From the NCBI GenBank assembly GCA_016939335.1, contig JAFGHC010000039.1:2376-66375 (forward strand): a DNA stretch of 64,000 nt, read 5' to 3'. Positions 1 through 11,909 of this stretch are shown piece after piece; the stretch's first letter is position 1; each line of letters opens with the position of its first letter. The position numbers and the translations under genes were made by a program. The notes under the pieces were generated by a model. The model had not been told where the DNA came from and searched no databases. It saw only the letters and a program-made list of their open reading frames with translations. The stretch is from Candidatus Saganbacteria bacterium. GTDB taxonomy: Bacteria > Margulisbacteria > WOR-1 > O2-12-FULL-45-9 > XYB2-FULL-48-7.

Positions 1-28
1 TTCGCGGCCTGAAAGTTCGGGTTTAGTT

Positions 29-319
29 TTGGTTGCAGCGGGGATATATGATCTGGCGGAAAAACATCCCGAGCTTAAAAAAGTTCCCCGGCGAAAGGCA
101 AAAAGGCAGTCAAACGTGTTTAATATTGTTTACGCTATACTTAGAGACGCTGGGCAAAAACTGACAGCGAGCGAGATACATAATAGAATATTAAAGAACT
201 ATGCCGGCTGTTCCTGGTCACGGCCAGCAGTCGATCTTGTTTTGACGTCAGCAGAACTTCACCAGGGCAACTTTACGGGAAAAGACGGCCGCTTTTGGTT
301 GTCCGGTAAAAAACGATAG
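29..319 (+). CDS. Hypothetical protein, possibly 5'-partial; C-terminal winged-helix-like segment
   Basis: Lower-GC ORF; 'VYAILRDAGQKLTASEIHNRI...GRFWL' resembles wHTH patterns; true start may lie outside the window. Confidence 0.45.
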   Translation: MVAAGIYDLAEKHPELKKVPRRKAKRQSNVFNIVYAILRDAGQKLTASEIHNRILKNYAGCSWSRPAVDLVLTSAELHQGNFTGKDGRFWLSGKKR

Positions 320-340
320 TATTTTGGCCTCAAATTTTTT

Positions 341-418
341 CTTACCGTTCACAATCTGCGCTTCTTCATGCGGATGATGGCGAAGGTCAGGCAGGAGATC
401 GCGGCGGGGGAGTTTTAA
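341..418 (+). pseudogene. Remnant 3' end of a tRNA-guanine transglycosylase (tgt)-like gene
   Basis: Translates LTVHNLRFFMRMMAKVRQEIAAGEF*, matching the Tgt C-terminal T-x-H-N-L...R-x-x-I-x-x-G-x-F pattern; in-frame stop at 317-319 upstream. Confidence 0.65.
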
Positions 419-491
419 TGGGCCCTATAGGACTCGAACCTATAACCAATCGGTTATGAGCCGATTGCTCTAACCATTGAGCTAAGGGCCC
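419..491 (-). tRNA. tRNA with CAT anticodon, most likely tRNA-Ile2 (lysidine); CCA not encoded
   Basis: GGGCCCTTAGCTCAATGGTTAGAGC...ATCGG-CTCATAA-CCGAT...GGTTCGAGTCC...GGGCCCA cloverleaf; acceptor stem resembles ileX-type. Confidence 0.9.
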
Positions 492-495
492 TTTT

Positions 496-609
496 AACTA
501 AAAACAGATAACTTATAACTGATAACCAAATCTTATCACGCCTTGACTGACCAGAGCAAGATAAGTAAGATAGTATGGTATAAGTTATCGGTTATAAGTT
601 ATAAGTTAA
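496..609. repeat. Inverted heptamer repeats (AACTTAT/ATAAGTT) around divergent tRNA promoters
   Basis: ataacttataactgataacc (508-527) versus ataagttatcggttataagttataagtt (580-607); TTGACT-N17-TAAGAT at 543-571. Confidence 0.6.
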
Positions 610-611
610 AA

Positions 612-683
612 GGGCGCGTAGTTTAGTGGTAGAACGCTTCCTTCACACGGAAGAGGTCAGAGGTTCAATCCCTCTCGCGCCCA
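612..683 (+). tRNA. tRNA-Val(CAC)
   Basis: Cloverleaf; anticodon arm CTTCC-TTCACAC-GGAAG; T-loop GGTTCAATC. Confidence 0.95.
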
Positions 684-689
684 GTTTAC

Positions 690-761
690 GGGCACCTAGT
701 TCAGTGGTAGAATGCCTCGCTTACACCGAGGAGGTCGTTGGTTCGATCCCAACGGTGCCCA
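690..761 (+). tRNA. tRNA-Val(TAC)
   Basis: Cloverleaf; anticodon arm CCTCG-CTTACAC-CGAGG; T-loop GGTTCGATC. Confidence 0.95.
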
Positions 762-781
762 GTTAAAAGGAGGGAGCGCAA

Positions 782-946
782 ATGGCGGAACAGAAAGCGA
801 AGAACCTCGACGAGCTGATGAAGCAGATCGAGGATTTTGAAAAGACGATCCAGGGTCTCGGCCAGAACGTCGCCGATCTCAAAAAGAAATTGCTCGAGAA
901 TCGCGACAAGTACGGGGCCGATATGACGAAGTGGCCGAAAGAATAA
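782..946 (+). CDS. Small 54-aa coiled-coil protein (below ORF-track cutoff)
   Basis: AAGGAGG RBS upstream; MAEQKAKNLDELMKQIEDFEKTIQGLGQNVADLKKKLLENRDKYGADMTKWPKE*; host-like codon usage. Confidence 0.8.
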   Translation: MAEQKAKNLDELMKQIEDFEKTIQGLGQNVADLKKKLLENRDKYGADMTKWPKE

Positions 947-978
947 AATTCGAATTTCGAAATTCGAATTTCGAAATT

Positions 979-979
<1 letters not shown>
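946..979. repeat. Palindromic AATTCGA/AATTTCG heptamer repeat (family A) between convergent genes; possible bidirectional terminator
   Basis: aaaattcgaatttcgaaattcgaatttcgaaattt. Confidence 0.75.
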
Positions 980-2034
<1,055 letters not shown>

Positions 2035-2067
2035 GCGATCCCTCCCAAGTAGTTATCGGGCCGTTAG

Positions 2068-3813
2068 TCAGTAAATTTCATTTTTCAGGGCCGCGATCAA
2101 TTCCCGGATCTTCGGCCCGTCCCGGCGCTGTTCGGCTTCTTTCAGCTCCTGCTTGAGCGCCTCGATCCGGCGGCGGGCGCCGTCGTTCTTGATCACGGCG
2201 ATGCAGTCGCGCAACAGCTCGGCCGGGTTGCCCAGCTGCTCGCCCAAAAGCGCGCCGGTCAGATAACGCTGGTCGGCCTCGTCGGTCAGCCTGGCCAGGA
2301 CCTGATGCGAGAGCTCGGCCGATTCGTCCAGCGCCCCGTTGAACAGGACCGCGGCGATCCGGCCCGCCTCCGGGCCGGTAAAGTCCTGGACGGTCAGCTC
2401 CCGCTTCAGTTCCGTCGCTATCCCCGGGACGGCGGCCGCCAGCGCCAGCAGCTGCTTCTCGGCCGCCGCGCGCCGCGAACCGGGCTTCTCCGTGACGCGG
2501 CGCAGGTCCTTTTCGTTGCCGCGGTCGTAATAGCTTTGCCGCTTGACTTCGGTCAGGACGGTTTCCGGCTCGACCTTAAGCCGGGCGGCGACGCTGCGGG
2601 CGTACTCCTGCCGGGCGAAATCGTCCGGCTCCCCGCCCAGCACCCGGGCGGTCTCGCGCAACGCCTGCGAGCGGCCCTCGATCTCGTCGAGCCGGAAGCG
2701 CGCCAGCACACGGCGCAGCTTGAATTCCAGATAGGGCAGGGCCTGTGCGACCGCCTGGTCGAACGCGCCGGCCCCCTGTTTTTTGATCAGTTCATCGGGG
2801 TCCTTGGCGCCGGTCCAGACGGCGATCCTGGCTTTCAAGCCCTGGCTGCGGATGATCTCGGCGGAGCGCTCGGCGGCGGCTTCCCCGGCGGCATCGGCAT
2901 CAAAGGCCAACACCAGTGTATCGGCGAAACGGCCGAGCAACTTGCACTGGGCGGCCGTCAGCGCCGTGCCGAGCGGCGCGGTGACGTTCAGTCTGCCGCC
3001 CTGATGGACCGAGACCGTATCGAGATTCCCTTCGACCAGCACGGCGGTCTTTTCTTTTTTGACCGCCTCCCTGGCCAGGTTCAGCCCGAAGAGGGTTTCG
3101 CCTTTCTGGTAGACCGGCGTTTCGGGCGAGTTCAAGTATTTCGGCTCGCTGTCGTCGAGCGCGCGGCCGCTGAAGGCGATCACCCGGCCGCGCAGGTCGC
3201 AGACCGGGAAGATCAGCCGGTGGCGGAAACGGTCATAATAGCCGTCCTGGTTTTCCCGCGCCAGGACCAGCCCGGCGCGTTCGATCACCGCCGGGGCGAC
3301 CCCGCGGCCGATCAAATGCTTGAAAAGGCTGTCCCAGGAGTGCGGCGCGTAACCGAGGCCGAAAGTTTTGGCCGCCGCTTCATTGACCCCGCGGCCGGCC
3401 AGATAGTCGCGGGCGGGCCGGCCCGCTTCGGCCTCAAAGGCCGCCCGGAAGAACCTGGCCGCCAGCAGCATTGTCGAATAAAGCCTTTCTTTTTCCGACG
3501 TGGAAACGCCGGAGGAAGCAAGGGGCTGGCTGACCTTGACGCCGAGCTTCTCGCCCAGCTCGGCCGCCGCCTCGGCGAAACTGATCCCCTCGATCTTCAT
3601 CAGGAAGGAGAAGACGTTCCCCCCCTCGCCGCAGCCGAAACAATGGAAAAGCTGTTTCTCCTGGGAGACCGTGAACGAAGCGGTCTTCTCCGAATGGAAC
3701 GGGCAGAGGCCGAGGTAGCTCCTACCGCGCTTCTTGAGCGGGACGTATTCGGAAATTACCTGGACGATGTCCGATCTATTTCTAATATCTTCTATTAATT
3801 CTCGAGGTATCAT
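2068..3813 (-). CDS. dnaG: DNA primase
   Basis: CPFH..C..C zinc finger, KYLNSPET, TOPRIM VEG..D and DAD; start set at ATG 3813 because the upstream in-frame part is a repeat element. Confidence 0.96.
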   Translation of the reverse strand: MIPRELIEDIRNRSDIVQVISEYVPLKKRGRSYLGLCPFHSEKTASFTVSQEKQLFHCFGCGEGGNVFSFLMKIEGISFAEAAAELGEKLGVKVSQPLASSGVSTSEKERLYSTMLLAARFFRAAFEAEAGRPARDYLAGRGVNEAAAKTFGLGYAPHSWDSLFKHLIGRGVAPAVIERAGLVLARENQDGYYDRFRHRLIFPVCDLRGRVIAFSGRALDDSEPKYLNSPETPVYQKGETLFGLNLAREAVKKEKTAVLVEGNLDTVSVHQGGRLNVTAPLGTALTAAQCKLLGRFADTLVLAFDADAAGEAAAERSAEIIRSQGLKARIAVWTGAKDPDELIKKQGAGAFDQAVAQALPYLEFKLRRVLARFRLDEIEGRSQALRETARVLGGEPDDFARQEYARSVAARLKVEPETVLTEVKRQSYYDRGNEKDLRRVTEKPGSRRAAAEKQLLALAAAVPGIATELKRELTVQDFTGPEAGRIAAVLFNGALDESAELSHQVLARLTDEADQRYLTGALLGEQLGNPAELLRDCIAVIKNDGARRRIEALKQELKEAEQRRDGPKIRELIAALKNEIY

Positions 3814-3819
3814 CTTTAT

Positions 3820-3910
3820 TAAATCCGAATATCGAATTTCGAAATCCGAAACAAGTTCGAAATTCGAATTTATAATTTCCTTCGAATTTCGTGTTTCGGA
3901 TTTCGAATTT
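3820..3910. repeat. Family A heptamer palindromic element
   Basis: aaatccgaatatcgaatttcgaaatccgaaac...ttcgaatttcgtgtttcggatttcgaattt. Confidence 0.85.
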
Positions 3911-4903
3911 ACCCGGCCTGCCTCCACTCGTTAGGCACAAAAAGCTCCTGGAATTTCATGATGGCGTAGCGGTCGGTCATGCCGGCGATGAAATCAACCG
4001 TGTGCTGGAGCTGGTCATCCTGTTTGATGCCGTTCTGGAACGATTCGTCATAGTGATAGTGGCGGAAGAGCTGGGTGAGCAGTTCGGGGACCTTGGCCTC
4101 TTCGCTTTTGGCCGCCGGATTGGTGTAGACTTTCTCGTACATAAAGTCATAGAGCCCGTCCATGGCCGTCCGCGCCCGCTTGTCCATTTTGATCTCCGCC
4201 TGGTCCAGGCTGCTGTTGATGATGCTGGAGACCAGGACGTCGAGAATGTTGTGCCCGAGCGCCTTCATGTATTTGCCCGGTAGCTGCTTTTCCGTCAGCA
4301 CGCCGGCCCGGACCGCGTCCTCGATGTCGTGGCGCAGGTAAGCCAGCCGGTCGGCCAGCCGGACGATCTGGCCCTCGAGCGTCGCCGGCTGGGGATCGTC
4401 GGGCGTATGGTTGCGGACGCCGTCGATCACCTCGGCGCAGAGATTGAGCCCCTGGCCGTCGCGTTCGATCACTTCGACCACGCGCACGCTCTGCTCGTTA
4501 TGGAAAAAACGCCGGCCGTAGTTGGTCTTTAAAATATCGTCAAGGACGAACTCGCCGGCGTGGCCGAACGGCGTGTGGCCGAGGTCGTGCCCCAGGGCGA
4601 TCGCTTCGGTCAGGTCCTCATTGAGCCGCAGCGCGCGCGCGATGGTGCGGGCGATCTGGGAGACCTCGAGCGTGTGGGTCAGCCGCGTGCGGAAATGGTC
4701 CTTCACCGGCGAGATGAAAACCTGCGTCTTGTGCTTCAGGCGCCGGAAAGCCTTGCAATGGATGATCTTGTCGCGGTCGCGCTGGAAAGCGGTGCGGAAC
4801 TCGTCTTCCCGCTCCGGCCGCCGGCGGCCGCGGCTGTTCGCCGCCAGGGCCGCGTGGGGCGACAAAAATCGGGCTTCACGCTCTTCTATTTCCCGCCGAA
4901 TGA

Positions 4904-4907
<4 letters not shown>
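3909..4907 (-). CDS. dgt: Deoxyguanosinetriphosphate triphosphohydrolase-like HD protein
   Basis: FQRDRDKI, FRRLKHKTQVF, RTRLTHTLEV, HDLGHTPFGHAGE, DFIAGMTD. Confidence 0.94.
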
Positions 4908-7648
<2,741 letters not shown>

Positions 7649-7674
7649 TGCCTTTTTCCTCCCTTTCCTTCTTT

Positions 7675-7745
7675 GTCGCGAGTCAGCGAGCCGCGGGTCG
7701 CGAGTCTTTTCGACCCGTGACTCGTAGACCCGCGACCCGTTGACT
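7675..7745. repeat. GTCGCGR heptamer palindromic element (family D)
   Basis: gtcgcgagtcagcgagccgcgggtcgcgagtc...gacccgtgactcgtagacccgcgacccgttgac. Confidence 0.75.
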
Positions 7746-7755
7746 TGTAAAAAAA

Positions 7756-7828
7756 TGGAGCTGATGGGAGTTGAACCCACGACCTCTTGACTGCCAGTCA
7801 AGCGCTCTCCCAACTGAGCTACAGCCCC
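7756..7828 (-). tRNA. tRNA-Ala(GGC)
   Basis: GGGGCTGTAGCTCAGTTGGGAGAGCG-CTTGA-CTGGCAG-TCAAG...GGTTCAACTCCC..AGCTCCA; G3-U70 pair. Confidence 0.95.
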
Positions 7829-7922
7829 ACACCCGCCTGCGGCGGTAAATTCAAAGTTCAAATTTCAGGGCCCCAAACAAATCAAAGATCACAGGCACAA
7901 ACATAACATTATAACACTTCTG

Positions 7923-8306
7923 TCAGTAATGATAGACGACCGCTTCTTTGCCCCAGAGCTCCTCCAGCTTGTAATATGCGCGTTCCTCTTCTTTTAAGAG
8001 ATGAACGACGATCGAACCAAGGTCAAGGATCAGCCAGCCAGAACCGGGCAGCCCCTCCCAGCGAAAATCCTTGAACCCATTCGCCCGCAGCCGCGCCTCG
8101 ATCTCTTTGGCGATCGCCCGCAGCTGCGGCTGCGAATCGGCGCCGCAGATCACCAGATAGTCGAGCAGCGCTGAACTTTGCCTGACGTCCAGGATCTTCA
8201 GGTCGAGCGCCTTTTTGCTCTCGGCCGCCCGGACGATCAGCTCCAGCGCAGCGGGCGCTTTTTTCCCGCCGGAGGCGGACCCGTCTTTGGCGGACTTCCT
8301 GGCCAC
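7923..8306 (-). CDS. rsfS: Ribosomal silencing factor RsfS
   Basis: KKALDLKILDV, DYLVIC, WLILDLGSIVVHL...RAYYKLEELW. Confidence 0.92.
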   Translation of the reverse strand: MARKSAKDGSASGGKKAPAALELIVRAAESKKALDLKILDVRQSSALLDYLVICGADSQPQLRAIAKEIEARLRANGFKDFRWEGLPGSGWLILDLGSIVVHLLKEEERAYYKLEELWGKEAVVYHY

Positions 8307-8309
8307 TGA

Positions 8310-9194
8310 TCAGTTGGACGCCGCCAGCGTCCGGCTGGTCAGGTACAGGTCGGTGATACGCGCGATGTCCGCTTCGTTCGGTTTGTAATAATAGATCCCG
8401 TCGACCATCAGGTCGCTGCCGGGGAGCGTCGTCATGCTGATCTGGCCGAGCTCGCTGGCCGAACGCAGGGCCAGCGCCAGGCCGAGGATCTCCCGGGAAT
8501 TCAGGTTGGTGTTGATGCAGCTGACCATCGAAAGGAAGAGGGAAGGGGACTTGATCAGGTTCTCGCGCTTGATCATCTCGGCGGCCAGGTCGCGCAGGAA
8601 GTTTTGCTGCCGGCCGATCCGGGCGAAATCGTTGTCGGTGTGGCGGAAACGCAGGTAGCCCAAGGCCTGGCGGCCGTTGAGCTTTTGCAGGCCCGGCTGC
8701 AGGTCGATGTCGAGCCCGCCGGCGTAGTCGACGTAATACATCCTTTTTTCCACGTTGACCGTGATGCCGCCGAGCTTGTCGACGATCTTTTCGACCTCCG
8801 AGAGGTCGACGGTGATGTCATAGGGGATGGCGACGTGCAGCAGCTCTTCGGCGGTGCGGCGGGCGAGCTCACTGCCGCCGAAGGCGTAAGCGGCGTTGAT
8901 CTTATTAAGGCCGCGGTCCGGGATGATGACGACCGTGTCGCGCGGGATCGAAACGACCGCGGCCGATTTCTTGTCGGGATTGACGTGCAGGACCATGATC
9001 GTGTCCGACAGGCGGCCGCCGGTGTTATCGACGCCCAGGACGAGGAGGTTGGTCTCGCCGATGATCGGCAGCGACGGCGTCAGGCTCAGGAAGACGTCGA
9101 AAAGCGCCAGCCGGGCCGCCAGGCTGACGGTAAAGCCGACGAACGCCGCCAGGCAGATGAGGAACACCATGGTAACGATCAAAAACTTTTTCAT
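8310..9194 (-). CDS. LCP (LytR-CpsA-Psr) family protein
   Basis: N-terminal TM; LVLGVD, SDTIMV, SIPRDT, KINAAY, YLRFRH, RIGRQQ. Confidence 0.93.
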   Translation of the reverse strand: MKKFLIVTMVFLICLAAFVGFTVSLAARLALFDVFLSLTPSLPIIGETNLLVLGVDNTGGRLSDTIMVLHVNPDKKSAAVVSIPRDTVVIIPDRGLNKINAAYAFGGSELARRTAEELLHVAIPYDITVDLSEVEKIVDKLGGITVNVEKRMYYVDYAGGLDIDLQPGLQKLNGRQALGYLRFRHTDNDFARIGRQQNFLRDLAAEMIKRENLIKSPSLFLSMVSCINTNLNSREILGLALALRSASELGQISMTTLPGSDLMVDGIYYYKPNEADIARITDLYLTSRTLAASN

Positions 9195-9778
9195 AGTTTT
9201 GCCGAACCCCGCCTGCCGGCAGGCAGGTAATAGTTGCGCGTGACGACCGTCGGCGGATAGATCGGCCGCCCCTGTTTGACCAGGAACCGGATCATGGCCG
9301 AGGCCGATTCATAAATTGCCCTGTCGAGGTCGCGGAACGCCAGCCGCCGCAGTTTGTCTACCCCCGTAAAAGCCCGCCCTTCCTCGATGTGGTCGGCCAG
9401 GTAGATGATCTTGTCGAGCTTGGTCATCCCCGGCGCCCCCGTCGTGTGGCGGCGGATCGCGTTCAGGACGCCGGCCGACCTGACGCCGAACTCGCGCCGC
9501 GCCAGCCAGGCGCCGATCTCGCCGTGAAAGAGCTTGGGTTCGAATTTCCTGATGGGATCGATCAGCAGGCCGAGCCGCCGGGCCTTTTGCAAAAGCTCTT
9601 TCCGGTCATAGCGCCGCGCGCAGTCATGAAGCAGGGCCGCCAGCGACGCTTTTTTCTGGCCGACCCCGAACTTTTTTGCCAGGGCCAGGGCGATCTTTTC
9701 CGCTCTCAGACTGTGTGTGAACCGCTCGCGACCGAGTTCGGCCTCAAGTTTTTCGACGATCTCTTTTCGTTCCAGCAT
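9191..9778 (-). CDS. yqeK: YqeK family HD hydrolase (Ap4A hydrolase)
   Basis: RFTHS, ALLHDCAR, HGEIGA, AIRRHTTG, IYLADHIEEGR; next to rsfS. Confidence 0.9.
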   Translation of the reverse strand: MLERKEIVEKLEAELGRERFTHSLRAEKIALALAKKFGVGQKKASLAALLHDCARRYDRKELLQKARRLGLLIDPIRKFEPKLFHGEIGAWLARREFGVRSAGVLNAIRRHTTGAPGMTKLDKIIYLADHIEEGRAFTGVDKLRRLAFRDLDRAIYESASAMIRFLVKQGRPIYPPTVVTRNYYLPAGRRGSAKL

Positions 9779-9887
9779 TAAGTTTTAGAGCGCTTTCAGG
9801 CCAAAAAAATACCAAGGCGGCAAAGACGGCCCGGCCTTGGTTTTTCGCGAAAGGGTTTACAAAAAGCGCGTCCTCATCGAATGATTG

Positions 9888-9917
9888 ATTATAACTTTGA
9901 CGGCCGGAGTTTGTCAA
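9888..9917 (-). promoter_or_regulatory. Sigma-70 promoter upstream of yqeK leader
   Basis: TTGACA (9917-9912)-N18-TATAAT (9893-9888). Confidence 0.7.
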
Positions 9918-10752
9918 GAGCGAAAGCAACTTCGAGCGCGCAGTCAACATTGGACGGGCCGCCTTGGGCGATCATTTGATAAAAAGCTTCGGCGGCCTGA
10001 GCAAGGTTGTCCTGTTCGCCGGGAGCGGAAAACATGTCGTATCCGGCGGCCCCCCGGCTGCCGTAAATTTCTATTTTTCTGGTTTTGTCCGGGCTGTGCA
10101 AGTTTAGGATCATCAGGCCGTTAAATGGCAGGGAATTATGCGTGAAGAAGATCAGTCCGCTTTCGGCGACGCCTTTTTGGGTTGAGGTGTCACTGCTGCT
10201 GAAGGAAAATTCATGGAGCGGGGCAAGCATGTTCAGTATGCTCAACATATGGCTGCCCAGGGTCAAATACACTCCTTCGGGTTTGAGCCGCCCGGGCTGG
10301 CCCATCTCAAAAGAGGCCGAAACCAGGCTGCCGATCTGTCCCGACCGGGCGGCCGCTACCATGTTCCTGACGCCCCGGGAAAAGGTAAAAGTAAAATCGA
10401 CCATGATCTTGAGCCCTTGCGAATCAGCTAAGACTTTCAGGCGCTCGGCTTCGGCGGCAGTTTCGGTGAAAGTTTTCTCGCAGAAAAGATGCTTGCCCGC
10501 GGCCAGAACTTTGCCGGCCAGCTCAAAGTGTGTCGCGACGGGGGTTGCGACGATGACGGCCTGAATATTCCTGTCTGTCAGGACATCTTCGGCCGTGGTC
10601 AGCCTGATCGCTGCTTTGCCCCGCTCTTTGGCCGCGTCCCGGACCGCGACCTTGGTCAGCTCAAAGCCGGGATGGGAGGTAAAATAGCGGTGGAGCTTTT
10701 GCCCCCAGTAACCGTAGCCGATCTGGCCGAGCCTGATCCGTTCGCCGGTCAT
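9889..10752 (-). CDS. Gfo/Idh/MocA family oxidoreductase
   Basis: IGYGYWG, VATPVATH, GKHLFCEK; ATG 10752 overlaps upstream stop (ATGA). Confidence 0.88.
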   Translation of the reverse strand: MTGERIRLGQIGYGYWGQKLHRYFTSHPGFELTKVAVRDAAKERGKAAIRLTTAEDVLTDRNIQAVIVATPVATHFELAGKVLAAGKHLFCEKTFTETAAEAERLKVLADSQGLKIMVDFTFTFSRGVRNMVAAARSGQIGSLVSASFEMGQPGRLKPEGVYLTLGSHMLSILNMLAPLHEFSFSSSDTSTQKGVAESGLIFFTHNSLPFNGLMILNLHSPDKTRKIEIYGSRGAAGYDMFSAPGEQDNLAQAAEAFYQMIAQGGPSNVDCALEVAFALDKLRPSKL

Positions 10753-11909
10753 GGTTTCACTTCCCCGGCCGGATAAAAACGCCGGTCGAATTCCCGGTTG
10801 ATCTCGATCGAGGCCCGGTTGCATCTGGCCCCGAGAGGCAGACAGCATTTTTGAGGATCAAAGCCCTCCTGCTGGTTTTTGCGGATCAAGGCGTAGAACT
10901 CATCAAGGTTGTCGGTGACCGGGCCGAGCTGGTGCCCCCGGAAGCCGGGATGGGCGACCGCGGAGCAGCGGTAAAAAAAGCCGTCGGCCCCGAGATTGAT
11001 CATATAATACCCGTAAAAACAGTGACGGAAATCGATGCTGGCCACGTCCTGCTTTTCGGGCGGCATGATGAAAACGCGGGTCCCGGTTTCATCGTCTTTG
11101 GTCAGGAACGGCGAGACGACCGGCCAGTATTTTTCATAGAAGGGCGCCTCGACCTGCTTTTTGTGCTCCAGGCACGCGTCAAGCGACGAGCCGTAAGGAG
11201 CGTAGGGAGCCGCGAACCTGACCGAGTCGACCTCGACCGATCTCATCAGCGCGACGAATTTCTCCAGTTCCGAAGGGTCGCTGTTAAAATCGTTAAGGAG
11301 ATAAGTTATCCTGACGGACAGGGCCGGCTTGGGCGCTTGCTGTCTGACTTGCTGCAGTATTTTTAACCCGGCGATGACCGCGTCATAATAGCCGGGCGGC
11401 GCTCTTTTGACCCGGGCGAATGATTCCGGACTGCAGGCGTCGATCGCCACGGTCACATAATCTTCTGGCGAAGAGGCGGCTGCGTGCAGCCTGGTCAGGA
11501 AGCCGTTCTTTTTTTCCAGCGCGCCGAGCAGCGTCCCGTTCGTATGCAGGCCGAAGCTAGCGCCCGAAGATTTGACGAGCTCAACCAGGTCGATCAGCTT
11601 GTGGTTCAAGGTCGGTTCCGTATAGGCTCCCGAGAGAACGAAGAGCGGGATCGCTCCCTTTAATTTAGCGATCAAAGAAGAGATCTTGTCGTAGAAAGGC
11701 ACGACCTCCTGCACGAGGTTCTGGCCCTGGCAGTGAACGCAATTAACGTTGCAGCGCTTGCCCTGGTCGTTGGAAAGATGTATCTCCAATTGCCGGGGGA
11801 GCGTCATTGCCCCGTCAAACGGCCGGAAGGCCGCGCCGCGCTGTCGCGCCAGATGCCTGGTCAATAATTGGGAGTATTTGTTGGCTTCAGGTATCAGGTT
11901 TGATCTCAT
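10749..11909 (-). CDS. Radical SAM enzyme with Cys-rich SPASM/twitch-like C-terminus
   Basis: CNVNCVHC motif, SGAYTEP, LHTNG; C-terminal CFY...YRC...CC...RCN. Confidence 0.88.
   Translation of the reverse strand: MRSNLIPEANKYSQLLTRHLARQRGAAFRPFDGAMTLPRQLEIHLSNDQGKRCNVNCVHCQGQNLVQEVVPFYDKISSLIAKLKGAIPLFVLSGAYTEPTLNHKLIDLVELVKSSGASFGLHTNGTLLGALEKKNGFLTRLHAAASSPEDYVTVAIDACSPESFARVKRAPPGYYDAVIAGLKILQQVRQQAPKPALSVRITYLLNDFNSDPSELEKFVALMRSVEVDSVRFAAPYAPYGSSLDACLEHKKQVEAPFYEKYWPVVSPFLTKDDETGTRVFIMPPEKQDVASIDFRHCFYGYYMINLGADGFFYRCSAVAHPGFRGHQLGPVTDNLDEFYALIRKNQQEGFDPQKCCLPLGARCNRASIEINREFDRRFYPAGEVKP

Noticed and set aside
3814-3927. N-terminal extension of DnaG in the ORF track
   Set aside because: It translates a family A repeat; homology begins at ATG 3813
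7649-7861. N-terminal extension of PpdK
   Set aside because: Runs through tRNA-Ala and a repeat; the RBS supports ATG 7648
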